Assembly (NCBI GenBank): GCA_965552055.1
Contig: CBEVQO010000004.1
Coordinates: forward strand, 64,001 to 128,000
Length of the DNA: 64,000 nucleotides
Origin: an uncultured bacterium
GTDB lineage: Bacteria > Hydrothermota > UBA3073 > NMUJ01 > CBEVQO01
Direction of reading: 5' to 3'
This document shows positions 58,368 to 64,000 of this stretch, one piece after another. Positions within the stretch are counted from its first letter, which is position 1; each line of letters begins with the position of its first letter. The notes under the pieces are model-generated. The model had not been told where the DNA came from, did not search any database, and saw only the letters and a list, made by a program, of their open reading frames with translations. Position numbers and translations under genes: made by a program.

Positions 58368-60620
58368 ATGCGTAAATTTTGTCTTTTGTTGATTTTAGTA
58401 AGTTTGGGAGCTTGGGCTAAGGCACCATCTTCTTTTAAGCCTCGTGTGGTTAAATCTCCTCGTCCGAAGGAAGATTATAAAGTGCACAATATAGGGCAGA
58501 TATGGACGATGGAGTCGAATTTCGGTAGCTACGGTCATCCAGGTGCCGGAGACCTCGGTGTACCTTCTTTTGACTGGCCGGGTGGTACATTTAACTATTA
58601 TCTTTATGAAGGAGGAATATGGGTAGGTGCGAAGACAGGCGATGATTATTATGTTTCGACTGCTTTTTATGATCATGAGTTACAGCCTTCTGATAAATAT
58701 CCTGATGGCTGGGGATTTTGCGGAGGAGGACCTGAAGCCATTTCCATGTATGATATAACTTCTGCTTTTGATGATTTTGATGAAAATGCAAACGCTAACA
58801 GAGGATTGGGGTTATGCTTTGAGCAGAAGGCTCTTGCATGGTCTTTACCTGATTATGATGATTTTATTATCTATTATGTAAAAATCTGGTATGAAAAAGA
58901 TAAAGCATTAATAAGTGCGCCTCCTGATGTTTTGGAGAATGTTTATGTATCGGTATGGATGGATGCTGATGTTTCGAATGCGGATCCAAGCTGGTGTCAT
59001 ATTGATGACCTTGTTTCGTATGATGGCTGGACAAATGGAGAGTGGGAGGCAAGTGGCTTTTTTGCGCATATACCTCATGTTTCAAAGCCCGGTGCGCCTG
59101 TACATTTCCCCTATGATTCGTTTACAATAATTGGAGATACTATATTTCCTTTTCCGGATGGTGCACCTGATTATTATACCATTTGGGGTGATGACCCTGA
59201 TGAATTTTGTCTTACACGCCCTGATACTGTTTATTTACGAGAGGAGGTTTATAAATACCTTGAGCCTTCCATTAAGGGTTTATGTATAAAAGAAGGTAAT
59301 ATTTATAAACTTCCTTGTCAATTGATAGAACGAAATATGTCGTATATTTATGATGGAGATAACCCAGCGGACCCTGGTGATGATGAGGGCAATATTAAAG
59401 GTGGAGAAGGTATTGGTGCGTGTGCTGGATATTTCTGGGGCAGGGTTTTGTATGCTCCTCCTTCGCCCAATGATTCCGTATGGAGTGACGGGGTAGGTGA
59501 GTGCAGGAGGGTAAGACCCAACTCCCATTCCTGGTGGAACTGGGAGAATGACCCAGGTACAGATGAAGAGCAATATAAGTATATGGCGGGCGTACATGAA
59601 GCTAATTATGGTTATAGATTTATGCCCCATCCTTTTGATGTTGGTGCACCGACTTTTGATTACAGATTTTTATTGACCTATGGACCTTATGAGCTGAGAT
59701 CGTATGTTGATACTTTGGTTTTTGTCTTTGCTATTGGTGTAGGTCAAGGTTTAAATGGTGGCGTTGATAGTTATTGGGGTAGAGGTTGGGAGCCTGGTGC
59801 TCGTCAGATGTCTGATTTAGCGTTAAAAGCTTACTATATGGGCAGGAGGGATGCTGATCCTTTGCATCCTGCACCCTATGCTCCTGGTAAGAACTTTGTA
59901 ATACCTTTACCTCCTGAAGTGCCTTCTTTGAGGTATACTGTTTGCGGCAATGTTGTGGAATTGATGTGGGATGATAGGGCAGAGAAGGTACCCGACCCCA
60001 TGGATAACATTCTGGATTTCGGTGGTTATCGTGTTTACAGGAGTGATTATAAAGTTGGCAACTGGGTATTGCTAGCTGATTTTCCGAAGAAAATATGGGG
60101 GGATACGATACCACATTCTTATGTTGACACGCCGCCTATAGGTGTTCCGGTGTATTATGCGGTTACTGCGTATGATACAGGCAGGTTGAAAGTGGTTGGT
60201 AGTGATACAATAAGGATAGAGCCTCTTGAAAGTGGCAAGATAAATTACAAGAAGGACGAGGAGGGTAAAGAAATAGCGGTATGGGCTACAGGACCTGAGG
60301 ATACGACTTTAAAAATGATAAGGGTGGTTCCCAATCCATATCTTGCTACTGCAAGATGGGAGCGTCAATTTGAAGATAAGATAATGTTTGTAGGTTTGCC
60401 TCCTGAGTGCAGGATTGAGATATTTACTGTGAGTGGTGATCTTGTGAAAGTAATAGAGCATAATAATGGCACTGGTTCTGAGAGCTGGGATTTGGTTTCC
60501 CGGGGAGATATAGAGGTATCGAGTGGTCTTTACATCTATAAGGTTACATGGAAGAGTCCTTCTGGCAAGTTAAAGCATAAGTTTGGCAAATTTGTGATAA
60601 TAAGGGGTGAGACGAGATAG
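58368..60620 (+). CDS. Secreted protein with FN3-like region and T9SS/FlgD-type CTD
   Basis: Signal peptide, N.G..G, WP.G...YL..GG.W.G, DF.GYRVYRS, YYAVTAYD, VVPNPY..IFT.SG.LV..WDL..SG.YIY. Confidence 0.85.
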   Translation: MRKFCLLLILVSLGAWAKAPSSFKPRVVKSPRPKEDYKVHNIGQIWTMESNFGSYGHPGAGDLGVPSFDWPGGTFNYYLYEGGIWVGAKTGDDYYVSTAFYDHELQPSDKYPDGWGFCGGGPEAISMYDITSAFDDFDENANANRGLGLCFEQKALAWSLPDYDDFIIYYVKIWYEKDKALISAPPDVLENVYVSVWMDADVSNADPSWCHIDDLVSYDGWTNGEWEASGFFAHIPHVSKPGAPVHFPYDSFTIIGDTIFPFPDGAPDYYTIWGDDPDEFCLTRPDTVYLREEVYKYLEPSIKGLCIKEGNIYKLPCQLIERNMSYIYDGDNPADPGDDEGNIKGGEGIGACAGYFWGRVLYAPPSPNDSVWSDGVGECRRVRPNSHSWWNWENDPGTDEEQYKYMAGVHEANYGYRFMPHPFDVGAPTFDYRFLLTYGPYELRSYVDTLVFVFAIGVGQGLNGGVDSYWGRGWEPGARQMSDLALKAYYMGRRDADPLHPAPYAPGKNFVIPLPPEVPSLRYTVCGNVVELMWDDRAEKVPDPMDNILDFGGYRVYRSDYKVGNWVLLADFPKKIWGDTIPHSYVDTPPIGVPVYYAVTAYDTGRLKVVGSDTIRIEPLESGKINYKKDEEGKEIAVWATGPEDTTLKMIRVVPNPYLATARWERQFEDKIMFVGLPPECRIEIFTVSGDLVKVIEHNNGTGSESWDLVSRGDIEVSSGLYIYKVTWKSPSGKLKHKFGKFVIIRGETR

Positions 60621-60628
60621 GGGGGCTT

Positions 60629-61624
60629 ATGTGGTTTTTGCTTTTGTTTTTGTTGAGTGCGGAAATAGAGAGGGGTTTGAAGGTTGGCACTGTAGGTGCG
60701 AAGTTTCTTGCAATACCTGTTGGAGCTAGGGCTGCTGCGTTAAGTGGTGCTTATGTTGCTGTGGGTGATGATGCTTTGAGTTGTTTCTGGAATCCTGCTT
60801 TGATAGGTCGTACATCTGAGGGTTTGAATATTGAGGGCACATATACGAATTACATGCTTGGGATAAGGCATTTTGGCTTTGCTGCTGTTCAGAATTTGGG
60901 TAAAGGCAAGTATACTCGGTGCTTTTTTGCTGGTGGATTACACTCAGGGGAAATGGAGATTACGAATTTAGATGAACCTTTTGGTACTGGGGAGAAGTTT
61001 TATTATTACGGCTTTGTGTGTGGAGTTGGTTTTGCGAAGTGGCTTACAGATAGATTTATTTTTGGGATAAATCTGAAAGTAATTGCGGAAGGTTTGAGTT
61101 ATCGGCTTGGCTCATGGTATACACCTTTATGTGATATAGGTGTTTATTATGAGACCGAGATTAAGAATCTGGAACTTGGTGCCAGTATAAGGAATTTTGG
61201 TCCCGAATTAAGACCTGGTGGTAAGTTCGTGGTTGAAGAAGAGGGTGAAGTAATAGTGACCGATGAAGGAGATACTGTGAAGCGTCGTTATCGTGCATAT
61301 CCTGTGTATATGGATTTCAGGTTTGGGCTTGCTTACAAGTTTTTTGAAAAGGAAGGATATAATGGGAAAGTGATAACTGAGATAGTGCATCCCAATGATA
61401 ATAAGGAGAGGCTAAACATAGGTTTTGAGTTCAATTTTGGTGATATGTTTTTTGTTCGTTTTGGTCATAGACGGATTTTAGAAGGATTTGGTCTTTATGA
61501 TGATAAAGGGTTACTATCTTTTGGCTTTGGTGTTAAAAAGGATGTATTTAGTCTTGGCTATTCGTTTAGTGATAGGGGACTTCTTCCGGATGTTCATAGG
61601 TTAGATTTAGGTTTGAAGTTTTAA
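60629..61624 (+). CDS. PorV/PorQ (UPF0164) family outer-membrane beta-barrel
   Basis: G..GA.FL.I.VGARA.A..A..A...D....WNPA, C-terminal HR..L...F. Confidence 0.88.
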   Translation: MWFLLLFLLSAEIERGLKVGTVGAKFLAIPVGARAAALSGAYVAVGDDALSCFWNPALIGRTSEGLNIEGTYTNYMLGIRHFGFAAVQNLGKGKYTRCFFAGGLHSGEMEITNLDEPFGTGEKFYYYGFVCGVGFAKWLTDRFIFGINLKVIAEGLSYRLGSWYTPLCDIGVYYETEIKNLELGASIRNFGPELRPGGKFVVEEEGEVIVTDEGDTVKRRYRAYPVYMDFRFGLAYKFFEKEGYNGKVITEIVHPNDNKERLNIGFEFNFGDMFFVRFGHRRILEGFGLYDDKGLLSFGFGVKKDVFSLGYSFSDRGLLPDVHRLDLGLKF

Positions 61625-61636
61625 GAGGAGGGGAGT

Positions 61637-64000
61637 ATGCATGTTCTGATGTTTTTATTGGGGATAGGGTTGGGAGATACGGTTAAGCTTTATGCATATA
61701 ATTTTGGTTTCTCAAAATATTATTATCCTATATTAGCGGTGTGCAGATATGTTGACGATGTTAATGGTATTCGCATATTTACGGAAGAACAGACGATTGA
61801 TAGGAGCAAATTGCAGTCCATGAAGGTCATAGGGTTTAAGGGGTATGATGATGTGCCTTACTTTGTGTTGTTGCTTCCTGATTCTCCCTATGTGTGGTAT
61901 TATAGAGGAGATGAGCGTTCTCTTTATGTCTATGATCATAAATGGAATTTGTCTCCTACTGCGATGGACTATCATCTTGATGGAAGTAAAGTCTGGGTAA
62001 TAGTAAGTAACTGGGGTGTAGGAAAGGGGGTTTACTGGGTAGATAAAATTAGCAGTGGGCTTAACTGGAAGAGAAAAGGAGGTCTTGGTTCTAATAAAAT
62101 AAGAGCTGTTTGTATTTCTCCGCGTAAAGAGACTTCTGACTTTCTTGCTTATGCTGTTGCTTATATTGAGAAAACTGTAATTGATTCTTATAAATTGGAT
62201 ACCACTGTTCTTATACATCCCGATACTGTAGTAGTTGGTACATTAGAAGTAGCCGAAGTTGATACATATACATTGGTTGACACAGTTTCGTATTATACGC
62301 ATGTGGAGAGATGCGAAATGCTTTATTCGAGCAATTTGCGGAGCTCGTGGAGTTTAGTTGATACTGATACGAGTGTAATTCCAATTTATGACATACATTT
62401 TTATTATCTGTGTGGAGATACTGTTGATAAGAATGTGATATATGCGAGTACGAATAAGGGGATTTATAAGTGGGATGGGAATCTCTATCAATGGATTGAT
62501 CTTTCTTTCCCCGAGAGTACTGTTGTTAAGAAGTTAGCTATAAATTCGACTTACGGATTATTTGCTCTTACTGAAGAAGGTGATTTATGGGAATATAAAG
62601 GCAGTTGGGAACATGTTCTCAGTGCTGTGCGTGATATTTATTTGGGTAAAAATGAGATTTATGTTGCTACGCCTACAGGGATAAAGAAGTTTGTTGGTGA
62701 TGGAAATTGGGAAGTGATAGATGAAGGTCTTTCTGATTGGGGTTATTTAAGGTGTTTAAAAGATTGCTATGGAATTGCTTGTGCGGATGATAAGTTATTT
62801 ATGTTATCCTACGGTGGATTTGGCTATTATGATAGTATCTGGTATGAAGCAAATAAGAACTCGCCTTACTACACCAGTTATATTACAAATTCTGAGGTAT
62901 GTACAGTTGCTGCTTATTTCCCGAATGTGAGAGATGTTATTGTTGATTTCTTTAACAGGAGTCTACCTGATGTGAATAATGATGGTTTTGTTGATATTGT
63001 TATTATGGATATTTCAAGGTATTATACAACTTATAAAGGGAGCGAAAAGGAATTTGATTTGCGTGCATATTTTGATTCGATAAACATGCATAGTGTTTCT
63101 GAGATAGATACGAGTGCTTACAAGACCAATTTTTCGGATATGATTTATGTTGACTGTGTGCCTTTTGATTTATCTTCTTCTGATGATGCGTGGTATGCTT
63201 TGTATGAAGGTTTATACGATATGATGCAATGGGTTGTGGATCGTGATGAAGAGAGGTGGGTGAGGGATGGCTGTAAAGAATGGCTGAAGTTCAAATTGGG
63301 AAAGAGAGGTAATAGTGTTACGATTTTAAATGGTAATTCATTGATTGAATGGGGTGGTGCTATAATGGATTTTGAAAGTGATTATTCTTTTGCTTTCATT
63401 TATTACATTTATGAGAAATTGTTAAACAGGAATGATGAATTTGTGAAGGAGCTCGCAGCTGAGCCTCTTAACGGGATAGAGGGTTTGCAGACGGTTTTGT
63501 TAAGGTATGGTTGTGATGAGGCTTTTGCAGATATAATGAAAGATTTTGCGCTTACTGTTTACTTTGACGGTGTAGAAGGATTTATGGATAATAAGTACAA
63601 TTTAGAAGATATTGATTTGAGCGTTGCTCCTGTTCTTGAAAACTGGGATTCTAAGGTTTGTGAAATTGACCTGGAGCCTTTTGCTCCCTATTATATGTAT
63701 TCCTATCAGGGCTATGGAGGAGCTTATGGAGCGAATAAGGATAATATGGGGAATCCTCTTGTTTTCAATGGTGAGGATAAAGGCAGTTATTATGTATTTG
63801 TTAGCAAAGAAAGGAGACCCTGGTTGGAGACGCCGCTTGATACAAGTAAGATAATTGAATTTGAGAGATTGTGTCTTAACAAAATGCAGATCGGTTTTGC
63901 AGATATTTCTGAATTTTTAGAAGATACGCCTTCGTGTTCTGTTTTTACTGTTATTCTATTAAATGTTGATAAAAGTGCTCTCGCGAGGAAAATAGTTATA
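61637..64000 (+). CDS. Large secreted protein, 3'-truncated by the window: beta-propeller region plus degenerate M30/M6-like metallopeptidase domain
   Basis: ATG 61637 after SD GAGGAGGGG. I found no stop to the edge, which explains its absence from the ORF track. PDV..DG...I..DI, YFD..N, MIYVD, YEGLY, D..EE.W..DG. Confidence 0.75.
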   Translation, partial: MHVLMFLLGIGLGDTVKLYAYNFGFSKYYYPILAVCRYVDDVNGIRIFTEEQTIDRSKLQSMKVIGFKGYDDVPYFVLLLPDSPYVWYYRGDERSLYVYDHKWNLSPTAMDYHLDGSKVWVIVSNWGVGKGVYWVDKISSGLNWKRKGGLGSNKIRAVCISPRKETSDFLAYAVAYIEKTVIDSYKLDTTVLIHPDTVVVGTLEVAEVDTYTLVDTVSYYTHVERCEMLYSSNLRSSWSLVDTDTSVIPIYDIHFYYLCGDTVDKNVIYASTNKGIYKWDGNLYQWIDLSFPESTVVKKLAINSTYGLFALTEEGDLWEYKGSWEHVLSAVRDIYLGKNEIYVATPTGIKKFVGDGNWEVIDEGLSDWGYLRCLKDCYGIACADDKLFMLSYGGFGYYDSIWYEANKNSPYYTSYITNSEVCTVAAYFPNVRDVIVDFFNRSLPDVNNDGFVDIVIMDISRYYTTYKGSEKEFDLRAYFDSINMHSVSEIDTSAYKTNFSDMIYVDCVPFDLSSSDDAWYALYEGLYDMMQWVVDRDEERWVRDGCKEWLKFKLGKRGNSVTILNGNSLIEWGGAIMDFESDYSFAFIYYIYEKLLNRNDEFVKELAAEPLNGIEGLQTVLLRYGCDEAFADIMKDFALTVYFDGVEGFMDNKYNLEDIDLSVAPVLENWDSKVCEIDLEPFAPYYMYSYQGYGGAYGANKDNMGNPLVFNGEDKGSYYVFVSKERRPWLETPLDTSKIIEFERLCLNKMQIGFADISEFLEDTPSCSVFTVILLNVDKSALARKIVI

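Noticed and set aside
290..63854. Numerous short antisense or alternate-frame ORFs in the track (e.g. 290..520, 9720..10091, 42277..42633, 56601..57077, 61733..62218, 63624..63854)
   Set aside because: They are shadows of well-supported genes, without recognisable motifs.

Overview
A gene-dense, AT-rich 64 kb bacterial chromosomal window. The host is probably a thermophilic diderm of the FCB-related candidate phyla (WOR-3/Hydrothermae-like). This is an inference from reverse gyrase, six T9SS/FlgD-type C-terminal sorting domains and a TonB receptor-PorV locus. Housekeeping genes include purF, fmt, gyrB, dciA-like, cinA, yceD, thyX, PII, rarA, rgy, apt, pyrE, yajC, rnfE/rnfA, purM, groES/groEL, prfB, mtaB and a tRNA nucleotidyltransferase, plus tRNA-Val(TAC) and tRNA-Asp(GTC). 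They are interspersed with secreted repeat proteins, a VapBC-type TA pair, a solo BrxD/DUF2791-like ATPase, an ADP-ribosylglycohydrolase, an uncharacterised four-gene membrane operon (DUF6754-like) and two Wzc-type kinases. Main observations: (1) most recognisable promoters have a 15-bp TTGACA/-10 spacer instead of about 17, and many look leaderless; (2) the four-gene membrane complex; (3) a metalloprotease-like tail followed by tandem variable Ig-like paralogues; (4) groESL nested between tRNA-Val and tRNA-Asp, with a ~34-aa GroEL insertion; (5) an Archaeoglobus-like reverse gyrase; (6) two MITE-like intergenic repeat families; (7) a homopolymer frameshift in an NHL protein; (8) a probable CC-adding enzyme; (9) a probable pseudo-metalloprotease at the right edge. 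All family assignments come from motif recognition by eye, with no database searches.
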